From positions 1,029 to 65,028 of the forward strand of contig DATLBB010000074.1 of the NCBI GenBank assembly GCA_035527155.1: a DNA stretch of 64,000 bases, given 5' to 3'. The notes below the pieces were generated by a model, which did no database searches, was not told where the DNA came from, and saw nothing but the letters and a program-made list of their open reading frames with translations. The DNA is from Sedimentisphaerales bacterium. GTDB taxonomy: Bacteria > Planctomycetota > Phycisphaerae > Sedimentisphaerales > Anaerobacaceae. Numbering within the stretch: position 1 is the stretch's first letter; each line of letters begins with the position of its first letter. Shown here one piece after another: positions 1 through 9,209 of this stretch. Both the position numbers and the translations under genes were made by a program.

Positions 1-779
1 GGCTCTTGCGGTTTAGATTTTTCCATTCCCCCACTGACGTTTGGGGCTTTGCCTTCGGCCTCTTCCACGGCCTCACTGACGTTCGGGGCTTCGCTTTCGG
101 CTTCTTCTATCCCCTCTCTTACGGTCGGGGCTCTGTTTTCGGTTTCTTTCTCCCCCTCACTGACGTTCGGGGCTTCGCTTTCGGACACAGATGTTCCGGC
201 AAGGATTGCTTTTGGGAAAATGATGCCGCACTTGAAGGTTGGATAGGAGCCGACTGTCATCTCGATGGGAACAAACATCAATTTTTCATTGCCGGCCAGG
301 CCTATCTTTTTATTAGAATCATCCCAGGGACTTCCGATAAAAGTATTGGCCTGTACGAACCGTCCATGGCCATCAAATGCTTTTTGGAAGACCCTATCCC
401 ACGCCCCGACCAGTGCATCACCTACTTCTTTTAATATGTTACTGACTTCGTCGACCTTTTCAAGTGAGCCGAATTTTACGTTTTCCAGTATCAAGTGCTC
501 GGGATGCATAGCAACAACACCGGCCAGAATAAATAGTCCCTGGCGGTCGAAGACTAAATGGAAAGTTCCGTCCAGCTCACCTTCAGCTTTGACTAAGTAG
601 ACGACTACGAATTCCTTAAAACGTCTCTTTAGACCGCTGACAGTTTCCGGGCCCACTTGCTGCTGGCTACAGACCATATCCACGCCGAACATGCCGGAAA
701 TGTCGCCACAAAAGGTCTTAAATGATTTCTCTGCTAATTCTATGACTCGTGATTCAATTTCTGTTTGAGAGGGCGCCAT
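1..779 (-). CDS. CheX/CheC-like domain protein, partial (3' end runs off the window), with an acidic tandem-repeat tail
   Basis: Absent from the ORF track because no stop lies inside the window. My reverse-strand translation from ATG 779-777 stays open to position 3: MAPSQTEIESRVIELAEKSFKTFCGDISGMFGVDMVCSQQQVGPETVSGLKRRFKEFVVVYLVKAEGELDGTFHLVFDRQGLFILAGVV...KEVGDALVGAWDRVF... The layout resembles CheX/CheC phosphatase-fold proteins. Family call is by eye only. Confidence 0.45.
   Translation of the reverse strand, partial: MAPSQTEIESRVIELAEKSFKTFCGDISGMFGVDMVCSQQQVGPETVSGLKRRFKEFVVVYLVKAEGELDGTFHLVFDRQGLFILAGVVAMHPEHLILENVKFGSLEKVDEVSNILKEVGDALVGAWDRVFQKAFDGHGRFVQANTFIGSPWDDSNKKIGLAGNEKLMFVPIEMTVGSYPTFKCGIIFPKAILAGTSVSESEAPNVSEGEKETENRAPTVREGIEEAESEAPNVSEAVEEAEGKAPNVSGGMEKSKPQE
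28..188. repeat. Imperfect tandem repeat of about 42 nt (14 aa) inside the CheX-like CDS
   Basis: The exact 30-mer CCTCACTGACGTTCGGGGCTTCGCTTTCGG occurs at 71-100 and 155-184, with diverged units between and before. It encodes E(S/G)(E/K)APNVSE-type units on the minus strand. Confidence 0.8.
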
Positions 780-1143
780 TTAGGAAGCCTAATTATTTAG
801 CCTGTTTTTTGAGGGTTCCCAAACGCATCTTATCGCGTTTGAGGTCTCCGAACACTATTTGGAACTTGCTATGTATAATAACAATACGCCTGTAACACAT
901 TCGTCTTCAATATTACTGTCCCGTATTATTCTCGATATCTTTTGTCGGCACTTTAAGACTTTTTTCTATATATTTAGATTCCTTTTGTCAGCAAATGCGT
1001 GAAAAGCCCATTTTATTGAAGCTCGCAAGGTTTTTTTTACTACAAAATCGGCTTTTTTTTCTAATCTTTGATATTGAAGCCGGCTTCTGCCGATAAATGA
1101 AAGAAGTTCTGCCGCCGAATGCGGGCAGAAAGGAGAAAATCTG

Positions 1144-1563
1144 ATGAGAAGCAAGAATTTATTGGCCGTTGCCGCAGGCCTGGTTGCCTGTGTACTGGTG
1201 GTCTGGTCTTCCAAGTCAATTCAAGGGGGCCAAAAAAAATATGAGCTCCGACCGCAAGTTACCATACCAGAATACAGAACCGATACAGCGCGTGCTATAG
1301 ATGCCTATGAGCGTCTGATGAATCGGTATATGAGCCTGACCGAAAGGAATTTAATCAGGATTGAAACAAAGTTGGGGAATATTGTTAAACAATTAGATTC
1401 CATCGACTATAAATTAACCGAGCTTTCCGCAAGAATGACAAAAATCGAAAAGGCGCTTGTCACCAGTCAGGCCAAACCATCTGTCGAGGGGGTGCCCCAA
1501 CACAAACAAGAGCGTTTGGCGCCCCAGAAAAAACGCCAAGAGAAACTTTCGCCATCTTCGTAG
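1144..1563 (+). CDS. Hypothetical membrane-anchored coiled-coil protein
   Basis: AGGAGA lies 8 nt upstream of the ATG. N-terminal hydrophobic segment LLAVAAGLVACVLVVW, then a heptad-like helical region and a basic tail. No family recognised. Confidence 0.55.
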   Translation: MRSKNLLAVAAGLVACVLVVWSSKSIQGGQKKYELRPQVTIPEYRTDTARAIDAYERLMNRYMSLTERNLIRIETKLGNIVKQLDSIDYKLTELSARMTKIEKALVTSQAKPSVEGVPQHKQERLAPQKKRQEKLSPSS

Positions 1564-1612
1564 GATATTTTTAATGTCCATAAAACAGGCTGCTAAAAAG
1601 GGGGAAAACACG

Positions 1613-2020
1613 ATGCTCAAGGCAAAAGACGTTATGACAAAAGATGTAATCCGCGTAAGAAAAGAGACCCCGATATATGAGGCGATGGAGCTTCTGCTAA
1701 AAAACGAAATTACGGGTATGCCCGTCGTCGCCGATGATATGAGCTTGGTAGGGATTATTACGGAGAAGGATTGCCTGCGGTTATTCTACGCCGATGAAGA
1801 TGAAAAAAATAAAACAGTCGGGCATTTTATGACGCAACCTGCAGTTTACTATAACGAAGATGACAGCCTGCAGAGCGTTTGTGATTTTATGATGATTAAT
1901 TATTTCAGAAGGATTCCGGTCACATCAAAGAACGGACAAGTGGTCGGCATTCTCAGCAGGCCTGATGTGATTGCACATATTGTTCAGCTAAGGCGTGATG
2001 AAAAGGTCCATGCCGGCTGA
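1613..2020 (+). CDS. CBS-domain pair protein
   Basis: Two CBS motifs: VMTKDVIRVRKETPIYEAMELLLKNEITGMPVV and FMTQPAVYYNEDDSLQSVCDFMMINYFRRIPVTSKNGQVVGILSRPDV. ATG 1613 (AAGGGGGAA just upstream) is preferred over the longest-ORF start at 1457. Confidence 0.85.
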   Translation: MLKAKDVMTKDVIRVRKETPIYEAMELLLKNEITGMPVVADDMSLVGIITEKDCLRLFYADEDEKNKTVGHFMTQPAVYYNEDDSLQSVCDFMMINYFRRIPVTSKNGQVVGILSRPDVIAHIVQLRRDEKVHAG

Positions 2021-2040
2021 GAAAGCAGGATGGAAACTGC

Positions 2041-2056
2041 CGGCACACAATTTGCC
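2041..2056 (+). promoter_or_regulatory. Sigma-54 promoter-like motif (CGGCAC-ACAAT-TTGCC)
   Basis: Exact GGCAC-N5-TTGC match in intergenic DNA. It is 553 nt upstream of the next plus-strand gene (2609), so function is doubtful. Confidence 0.3.
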
Positions 2057-2608
2057 TGCCCGCCAACTAAAAATCAACCCGGATATTTCACGGCTTTTTT
2101 TGCCACGAAAAAGCACAAAAATTAACCGCAGAGCACGTTGAGAGCGCAGAGAAAAATTAGCCACGAATTAGCACAAATATATTTACCACCAAGGCACAAA
2201 GGCATGAAGGTGAACGGCAAAATCCTAAGCACGATCCGCCTACGTCAAGACTACTGCGGACAAGAATACTAAACAAATTCAAATCACCGAAATACAAAGG
2301 TTCAAAAGTAACCGTGGATTAACGCCCCATTAGAAAAAGAAGGCACGTTTCTAACGGGGTAAACAGATTGACGCTGACCTGCTTGAAAAGAAGTGAAAAA
2401 AAAATTTCAAATATCCGTATTTAGCACGATTGACGAATCTGCTGAGATATGATATGTATGTTTTTACATACATTTGGAGATTTTCTTTGCTGTTATGTGC
2501 AAGTGTGGGCCGTGTTTTTTGGCGAAAATCGGCTGGAAAAATGGGATGTGGGGGGAGGAGGCATAAAGACAGAGGACAGAGGGCAGAAGATATGATAAGG
2601 AGAACAAA

Positions 2609-5600
2609 ATGGATAGGTGGGTAGTTCTAATAGTTACTGTAGTTTTGGTTGTGGGGGTAGTCGGTAGTACGGCCCAGGGCAAATACGGCGGGGGAACTGG
2701 AGAGCCGAATGATCCGTATCTGATTTACACTGCTGAGCAGATAAATGAGATTGGCTTAAATGAGGATGATTGGAACAAATGCTTTAAGCTGATGGCCGAT
2801 ATAGACCTGAGCGGCTTTACGGGAACAAGTTTCAATATCATCGGATACTGTGTTGATTCGTGGGAGGATGACAAACCGTTTACCGGCGTCTTTGACGGCA
2901 ACGGCCATACAATTTCAAACTTCAGCTACACTTCCACAGATATAGATTACATAGGAATTTTCGCCTACGTCAATGACTTCGAGGCAGCAATCAAAGATCT
3001 GGGTTTGATTGACCCTGATGTTGATGCGGGAACAGGATGTTTTGTTGGTTCGCTTGTTGGCTGGTTCAGAGGTGGCACAATAACCGATTGTTACGTTGAC
3101 GGCGCCGCCGTTGCAGGTACTGAAGGCGTTGGCGGCCTGGTGGGACAAAATGGTATTTGTTATCACGCAGATGAGTGCCACGGAGGTAAGATGTCAAATT
3201 GCTATTCGACAGGTACCATTTCGGGATATTCGGCTGTCGGCGGACTTGTGGGAAAGAGTAATGGTGGCACAATATACAACTGCTATTCAGATAGCATCGT
3301 TTCGGGAACAACTGGTATCGGCGGATTGCTGGGAGATAATGAAGAGGGCGCAATCTTCAACTCCTACTCGCACAGCGGCGTATCAGGCAATGATCAAGTC
3401 GGCGGTCTGCTGGGTTCAAACCATTGGGGTACAGTCTCCAGCAGCTATTCAACCGGCGGCGTTTCGGGGGATGACCAGGTAGGCGGACTGGCAGGATACA
3501 ATAGTGGAGGAGGGGTTGCGAGTTCTTTCTGGGACATCCAGACCAGTGGACAGGCTACCAGTGCCGGCGGAACGGGCAAGACCACAGCCGAGATGCAGGA
3601 TCCGAGTACTTTTATGGATGCCGGGTGGGATTTCGTAGGTAAGGTGGACGGCCCGCATGATGTTTGGGCGGAACCTGCCGGCGGGGGCTATCCCATTCTC
3701 TGCTGGCAACTGCCGCATTTCTTTGGATTGCCCGGCTTTTCGGGTGGTTTGGGAACCAACGATGAACCATACCTTATATCAACAGCTAATGAATTGAACA
3801 GTATCGGCCATAATCCGAGACTTATGGTCGCACATTTTAAGTTGATCGATGATATTGATTTAACCGGAACGGACTTATTTCTCATTGGCAGCGAACTATT
3901 TCCTTTCAGAGGTGTATTTGACGGCAATGGCAGGAAAATCTCAAACTTCACCTATAGTTCCACTGATGCAGACCAGATAGGACTGTTCAAGTACGTTTAT
4001 GGAGAAAATGCGCTAATCAAAGATTTGGGAGTGATTGCCCCTGATGTTGACGTGGGGAGAGGATACTATGTTGGTTCGCTGGTTGGCCGCTTGTTTGAGG
4101 GAAAAGTCACGAACTGTTACGTCCAGGGCGGTAGCGTTTCGGGAAATTTTTGTGTCGGCAGCCTGGTGGGAGATAATAATCGTGGTACGTTAACCAACTG
4201 CCATGCCACCGGAGAAGTGTCGGGGTATTTCTATGTCGGCGGGCTGCTCGGACAGAGTTATTATGGCACAATCAATAACTGTGATTCAGAAGCCGACGTC
4301 TACGGGGGTCACTATGCCGGTGGGCTGCTGGGATATAATGATTGGGGTAGCACAATCAACAACTGCCATACCACAGGCACCGTTTCGGGGGATGGTTACG
4401 TCGGAGGGCTCGTGGGAGACAATTTCGCAACAATCTCCAACTGCAATACCACAGGCACCGTTTCGGGAAATGGTTCCGTTGGCGGCTTGGCCGGTGAGAG
4501 TTCTTATGGCAAAATCACAAATTGCTATGCCGTAGGAGAAGTTAGAGGTGGTGATTTCGCCGGCGGCCTCGTAGGAGACAATTCGTCAACAATGACCAAT
4601 TGCTATGCTGATGGGGACGTTAGCGGCGAGTATAATGTCGGCGGACTCGCCGGAAGACATTCTTATCGCACAATGACCAACTGCTATGCCACCGGCGACG
4701 CTTCGGGGACCGGATGGAGTGTTGGCGGCCTGGTGGGGCATAACTATTCTGGCACAATCTCCAACTGCTATGCCAAAGGTACCGCTTCGGGAAATATGTA
4801 CGTCGGCGGACTGGCGGGATGGAATCAGAAAGGTACAATCAGCCACTGCTATTCTACCGGCGGCGCTTCGGGGACCAGATCTAATGTCGGCGGACTCGTG
4901 GGAAGCAATTATGGCGGTGCCACAATCAACAACTGCTATTCTACGGGTAGTGCTGCCGGGAATGAAGACGTCGGCGGCTTCGCTGGAAGTAATAATAGCA
5001 CTATCACCAATTGCTATTCGACAGGCGGCGTTTCGGGACATTCCGACGTCGGCGGTCTTGTGGGGGAAAATTATAAAGGTAAGATCGCCAACTCCTATTC
5101 GATCGGCAGCGTTACGGGACATTCCGATGCCGGCGGACTGGTGGGATGGAATTATCGCGGTGAGATTTCCGCTTCTTTCTGGGATGTCAACACCAGCGGC
5201 CAAACAACAAGCGATGGGGGAACAGGACTTGTTACTAACGAGATGCAGATACGCTCTACATTTGAAGGTGCCGGCTGGGATTTCAACACACCTGTCTGGA
5301 CTATTGACGAGGGCGTCGATTATCCCCGGCTATGGTGGGAGCTGACACCAGTGCTGCATACCGAACCCGAGGTAACTTTAGAGACCAGCAACACTATTTA
5401 CTGGGAACCTGTACCTGGTGCCAATGAGTATTACGCTGAGTGTGCCGAGGATGCGAACTTTACCAGTATTCTTTACAACACCGGCTGGATTACCGAAACC
5501 AGCTACGAGTTCACCGGCCTGGAGTTAGGACAGCAATACTGGTATAGCGTAAAGGCCAGAAACGCAGAAGGAACCGAGACAAACTGGTCTAATGTGGAAT

Positions 5601-5902
5601 CGTCACTGCAGGGGACACTTGCCGATGCGGTAGAGGTGTTGCTTGAGCCGGAGAGCTTAAAGAATGAGAACATGAAAAACGCTCTATTGAAAAAGATAGA
5701 TGCAGCGCTGAAGATGATTGAGGAAGGAAACTACACCGGTGCTCTGAGTAAACTCCGAAATGACATTTTAGCAAAGATGAACGGATGCGGCGAGAAGGGT
5801 GAGCCTGACAAAAACGACTGGATAATAACGTGTGAAGAACAAAGCGAGCAATATCGGCTTGTTATGGAGACTATCGAATATGTAAAAAGCCTTATGGAGT
5901 AA
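2609..5902 (+). CDS. Secreted or surface GLUG-motif repeat protein with an FN3-like domain
   Basis: AAGGAG upstream; signal-peptide-like N-terminus. About 20 copies of the NCY(S/A)TG.VSG...VGGL(V/L/A)G unit. Two FWD(I/V).TSGQ..S.GGTG....EMQ...F..AGWDF modules. FN3-like segment EPEVTLETSNTIYWEPVPGANEYY...WYSVKARN. Confidence 0.85.
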   Translation: MDRWVVLIVTVVLVVGVVGSTAQGKYGGGTGEPNDPYLIYTAEQINEIGLNEDDWNKCFKLMADIDLSGFTGTSFNIIGYCVDSWEDDKPFTGVFDGNGHTISNFSYTSTDIDYIGIFAYVNDFEAAIKDLGLIDPDVDAGTGCFVGSLVGWFRGGTITDCYVDGAAVAGTEGVGGLVGQNGICYHADECHGGKMSNCYSTGTISGYSAVGGLVGKSNGGTIYNCYSDSIVSGTTGIGGLLGDNEEGAIFNSYSHSGVSGNDQVGGLLGSNHWGTVSSSYSTGGVSGDDQVGGLAGYNSGGGVASSFWDIQTSGQATSAGGTGKTTAEMQDPSTFMDAGWDFVGKVDGPHDVWAEPAGGGYPILCWQLPHFFGLPGFSGGLGTNDEPYLISTANELNSIGHNPRLMVAHFKLIDDIDLTGTDLFLIGSELFPFRGVFDGNGRKISNFTYSSTDADQIGLFKYVYGENALIKDLGVIAPDVDVGRGYYVGSLVGRLFEGKVTNCYVQGGSVSGNFCVGSLVGDNNRGTLTNCHATGEVSGYFYVGGLLGQSYYGTINNCDSEADVYGGHYAGGLLGYNDWGSTINNCHTTGTVSGDGYVGGLVGDNFATISNCNTTGTVSGNGSVGGLAGESSYGKITNCYAVGEVRGGDFAGGLVGDNSSTMTNCYADGDVSGEYNVGGLAGRHSYRTMTNCYATGDASGTGWSVGGLVGHNYSGTISNCYAKGTASGNMYVGGLAGWNQKGTISHCYSTGGASGTRSNVGGLVGSNYGGATINNCYSTGSAAGNEDVGGFAGSNNSTITNCYSTGGVSGHSDVGGLVGENYKGKIANSYSIGSVTGHSDAGGLVGWNYRGEISASFWDVNTSGQTTSDGGTGLVTNEMQIRSTFEGAGWDFNTPVWTIDEGVDYPRLWWELTPVLHTEPEVTLETSNTIYWEPVPGANEYYAECAEDANFTSILYNTGWITETSYEFTGLELGQQYWYSVKARNAEGTETNWSNVESSLQGTLADAVEVLLEPESLKNENMKNALLKKIDAALKMIEEGNYTGALSKLRNDILAKMNGCGEKGEPDKNDWIITCEEQSEQYRLVMETIEYVKSLME

Positions 5903-5971
5903 AGGCTGGATTAAAATAGCAACGGAGAATCGCAGCAATAATCGCCTCGTAACATTGGTAATCGGTCGGCA

Positions 5972-6172
5972 TTAGCCGTAGGTTTTGCCGGCTTCATCCA
6001 CGTAAGTAGTGCTCTTTGCGTGCTTTATCACCTTGACCGCTTTCGGCACTTCGTCGAGCTTCGGGACTTTGAACAGCTTGTGGCACTTGCGGCATCTTAT
6101 GCGACGGTCGGCGGCGCTGCCGTCGAGTAACCAGACGCAGCCACAGGCCGGGCATTGGGCAATAATCTGCAT
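5972..6172 (-). CDS. Small zinc-ribbon protein (MJ0042-type CxxC...CxxC)
   Basis: MQIIAQCPACGCVWLLDGSAADRRIRCRKCHKLFKVP: two CxxC pairs with typical zinc-ribbon spacing. Confidence 0.55.
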   Translation of the reverse strand: MQIIAQCPACGCVWLLDGSAADRRIRCRKCHKLFKVPKLDEVPKAVKVIKHAKSTTYVDEAGKTYG

Positions 6173-6747
6173 CAGTAAAGACCTTTGTCAAAAGCCAGGT
6201 ACTGAAATTCGAGACCTACTTAGACACACAGTATTTTAGCCACAGACCCGATGTGCATCCATTATAAATTTCCCCGCCCCCAAACACATCTTTTGGCGTT
6301 TGGAGAAGTCCTTTCTCCTTGTCCTATAATATCACTTTATCGCAAGCAGTTTCATCGTTACTACGAAAAGTCTGAGGCCTGTGGGCCAGGCTGATGCTAT
6401 TTTCCTTGATTTAGCTGTTTGAATGTGCTAACATAGCCTTCACAGGGAGTGTGATGATATGGTAAAGAGAATCCCGTGTAGAGTTGTTAGAACCAAGGCT
6501 CTCGGCAAAAGCAGTAACGCAGTGCGGCAAGTGAGCACGTCAATTAATGCTTACCATAAGAGTGGCGATGTTGTTACCAGGCCCCCCAAATCCTATAAGT
6601 CGGCTTCGGGAACCCTTACCTATACAGAGCTGCTGGAGATAACAAGAGTGTCCATAGACGACGGCCTAACGGGACAGATTCTTGATTGTTACGTTTGAGG
6701 CCCAGCTTTTTGATTTACAGGCGAAGGGCCTTGAAGAGCAGGTCAGC

Positions 6748-7242
6748 TTAGAGCAAATCTTTTAAGTAGTTTCTGAGGAAATAGCGGCATTGAGACAATA
6801 CCAACGCGCTTATCATTATGATGACAAAAGCGTCGATGGGGGAGACTTCATTTATTGCGACGGCCAAAGCTGTGCCCGCGGCCGGTGGGTGCTCAACGTC
6901 CAAAGCTACCATAACGAAGATAGCAATTCCAACTGCAAGGGCATATTCAAGGGAATAATACGGCAGGGGAGTATAATAGAATATAGCTCCAGAGGCCAAT
7001 CCGACCAGATGGCCGCCGATGACATTTCTTGTTTGTGCGGAGTAGTCTTTGGGTACTGCGAATACGATAAAAGCAGTGGCCCCCATTGCGCTGATTACGA
7101 CCATTTTGTCTTTGCCCAGGACAAGGACGAGGATAAACAGAGCAGCGGCAGCCAATAAGCTTTGCAGCAGGTAATATTTCCAAAGCTTTTTGAACTTTCC
7201 CCTGATTGAAGTTTCCGATTTCATATTTTGCGTAGCCATCAT
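6748..7242 (-). CDS. HPP-family integral membrane protein
   Basis: Four hydrophobic segments and the family signature DVEHPPAAGTALAV. Confidence 0.8.
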   Translation of the reverse strand: MMATQNMKSETSIRGKFKKLWKYYLLQSLLAAAALFILVLVLGKDKMVVISAMGATAFIVFAVPKDYSAQTRNVIGGHLVGLASGAIFYYTPLPYYSLEYALAVGIAIFVMVALDVEHPPAAGTALAVAINEVSPIDAFVIIMISALVLSQCRYFLRNYLKDLL

Positions 7243-7412
7243 ATTTTTTCAATATGCGGCCCGGAATGTAAACAAAAGGACGGCGAGGAATGAGTAACCT
7301 TCGTGGTGCCAAGTTTACACATTTCCTCGCCGAGTTTCTGAAATCCGTTCGGGCTTCTGATTCGACCGTCCGTGGTCGGCCCTGCGATTTAACTCTTTCT
7401 CAGTTAAGGTTT

Positions 7413-7682
7413 TTATATACCGAATTTTATGATGTTTTTTGCGGCTGCTCGGAAGTTTTTCGGACTTTCAAGCCGGCCTGACAGTAAAAGCTTTCGTGCC
7501 GCGCCTACGGCATCGGCATCCGTTTGCGAGGCCTGCATTGCCTGGTCAATTAAAGAAGCATAATTAACCTGCACGGATACATCCATATCACTATTTGGAA
7601 CGGCACCGCCGGAGTTGGGCTGCCTGGAAGATAATTCTTCCAAAGAATCACGAATTTGATTGGTATTTATTTTCTCTATCAT
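7413..7682 (-). CDS. flgM: Anti-sigma-28 factor FlgM (putative)
   Basis: 89 aa with a disordered Ser/Asn/Gln-rich N-terminal half and a helical C-terminal half (AVGAARKLLLSGRLESPKNFRAAAKNIIKFG) typical of FlgM. Lies in a flagellar context downstream of fliA. Confidence 0.6.
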   Translation of the reverse strand: MIEKINTNQIRDSLEELSSRQPNSGGAVPNSDMDVSVQVNYASLIDQAMQASQTDADAVGAARKLLLSGRLESPKNFRAAAKNIIKFGI

Positions 7683-7722
7683 TGCATTACTTTTCTCTCA
7701 GGACTTCTAATCCCACAATTTT

Positions 7723-7749
7723 TCTCGCACAATTTTGACAAAACTTTAG
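7723..7749 (-). promoter_or_regulatory. Sigma-28 (FliA) promoter-like motif upstream of flgM
   Basis: Minus strand reads TAAAGTTT-N11-TGCGAGAA against the consensus TAAAGTTT-N11-GCCGATAA. About 40 nt upstream of the flgM ATG. Confidence 0.35.
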
Positions 7750-7834
7750 GATTTTTTGCCGGATTCTCATTTTTTTTCTAAAGTTGACGTTTTTTTCGGT
7801 CGAAAACACGTGTTTTCGAGCTTTCGTTTTTGCT

Positions 7835-8587
7835 CTATAGTGTTGCTGCCACCTCATAAACTACAAACTTGATAAACTCAATTGGACTCACAGCTACTAA
7901 CTGTTCACGCAAAGGTTCAAAACCAGAGCGTATCTGATATTGAAAATAGCTTTTTATCCGAAGCTCAGTCGTTTTATCGGCTGTGTCCCAAATTTGCTCA
8001 AAAGCCCACAGTAACTGCCCATCCCTCAGGTCCACAAGCTTCAGGCGAAGACCAATGGCCATATGAGGATAAGGCTTGAACTGGGTAATAGTTCCGAGCA
8101 ATATCGCATCGCACTTTAATGTCTTGTGGAATGCGACCAACTGGTCAAGGGTATATGCCGACGACCCCGCCGCCGCAGTACTTTGCGTTTGGGGAACCGA
8201 GTTTAAGCCAAGCTGCAAGCTGCGCCAGGCAGGGTCACTCCGGCGGATAACAGCTAATCCGAAAAGCTGTTTCTTCTGCAATGCCTGGAAAAGGGATTCG
8301 GTTACATCAGCGGAAATTTGGGGATAACTCGAATTGTTTTCCAGCTCGACTAAAGCAGTCCTGCCAACGGTGGACAAATCCTTATTCGGATTTCGATAAT
8401 AGTACTCCGCCATTGGAGCAGCGACTGTATAGAACTGGCAGCCTGAAGCTGATAAAAGAACCGGCAACAACAACAATATTGTGAATCGAGTATCGTAAAT
8501 CGCATTGCGTATCCCATATAAGATGTAAGATACGAACAACGTGATACGAACACCAAGAAGCGATAATTCTGTTTTGAAGGTATTCAT
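7835..8587 (-). CDS. Hypothetical lipoprotein in the fliA-flgM operon region
   Basis: Lipobox LLSASGC. The C-terminal pattern DAILLGTITQFKPYPHMAIGLRLKLVDLRDGQLLWAFEQIWD recalls LpoB/FlgO/TolB-N-type lipoproteins; this is by eye and unverified. Confidence 0.55.
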   Translation of the reverse strand: MNTFKTELSLLGVRITLFVSYILYGIRNAIYDTRFTILLLLPVLLSASGCQFYTVAAPMAEYYYRNPNKDLSTVGRTALVELENNSSYPQISADVTESLFQALQKKQLFGLAVIRRSDPAWRSLQLGLNSVPQTQSTAAAGSSAYTLDQLVAFHKTLKCDAILLGTITQFKPYPHMAIGLRLKLVDLRDGQLLWAFEQIWDTADKTTELRIKSYFQYQIRSGFEPLREQLVAVSPIEFIKFVVYEVAATL

Positions 8588-8609
8588 TTTCCTGCCCTAA
8601 AGTTTTGAT

Positions 8610-9209
8610 TTAGTTCCGTTTAGATTGGCTGGTTTCACTCATCGATACGGCTGCTGAGCTTTTGTTCTCTCCCTTAACTAATTCTGCCTTGACCTCTCCG
8701 CCGAGGATTGTAAGTATCCTTAGCAACGTTTCCAGTTGGGCTGTATCGGCGTCGCGCATCTCCTCACGAAAACCGAGGATGTCGGTCTTCCAATTATTCA
8801 ATTCAATACGCATTTCAATCATAAAGTCATTTGCCTCGGTTAATTCCTTTTGCGTCTGCTGCAATTGAGTCTCAAGAGCGCCGACCTGATCTTTAAGCCG
8901 CTGGCTTTTGGTGATAAGGTCCTGTTTTTCCTGCCGGAGGGCAGACGCTTCTACGGAGAGCTCAGCGTATTTTTCCGACAATTCTATCGCGGACTCCACT
9001 ACGGTTGGGCCTTGCGTGGTGGATTCCTGGAACCTTTTCGCAACAGAACCGCTCGGCAACTGCGTGGCGTTTTGTTGCGGTTGCTGTTGCTGAAGTGAGA
9101 TAGGCTCAACAGAGAGCTTCCCCGGCTCTTTAGTAACCGTACAGCCCGACGACAAAACAATCAGCAGTGATGAAGTTAGTGAAATCATAATTTTTTGGTT
9201 AGTTTGCAT
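8610..9209 (-). CDS. Hypothetical coiled-coil lipoprotein
   Basis: Internal ATG at 9209 is preceded by GGAGAAAAAC. Lipobox LIVLSSGC, a Gln-rich linker, then a long heptad coiled coil (LRQEKQDLITKSQRLKDQVGALETQLQQTQKELTEAN). The longest-ORF start at 9269 would overlap the upstream gene by 70 nt. Confidence 0.55.
   Translation of the reverse strand: MQTNQKIMISLTSSLLIVLSSGCTVTKEPGKLSVEPISLQQQQPQQNATQLPSGSVAKRFQESTTQGPTVVESAIELSEKYAELSVEASALRQEKQDLITKSQRLKDQVGALETQLQQTQKELTEANDFMIEMRIELNNWKTDILGFREEMRDADTAQLETLLRILTILGGEVKAELVKGENKSSAAVSMSETSQSKRN

Noticed and set aside
2915-5345. Multiple 70-219-aa ORFs in other frames and on the other strand inside the GLUG-repeat gene (for example 4586-5203 minus and 4686-5345 plus)
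   Set aside because: They are generated by the periodic repeat sequence. They have no start context and overlap a 1097-aa ORF with a clear domain structure.
7780-7807. Plus-strand sigma-28-like motif TAAAGTTG-N12-GTCGAAAA, back to back with the flgM promoter
   Set aside because: The spacing is one nt off. It points into the 3' end of a minus-strand gene with no plus-strand ORF behind it. At best it is an antisense promoter, which the sequence alone cannot support.
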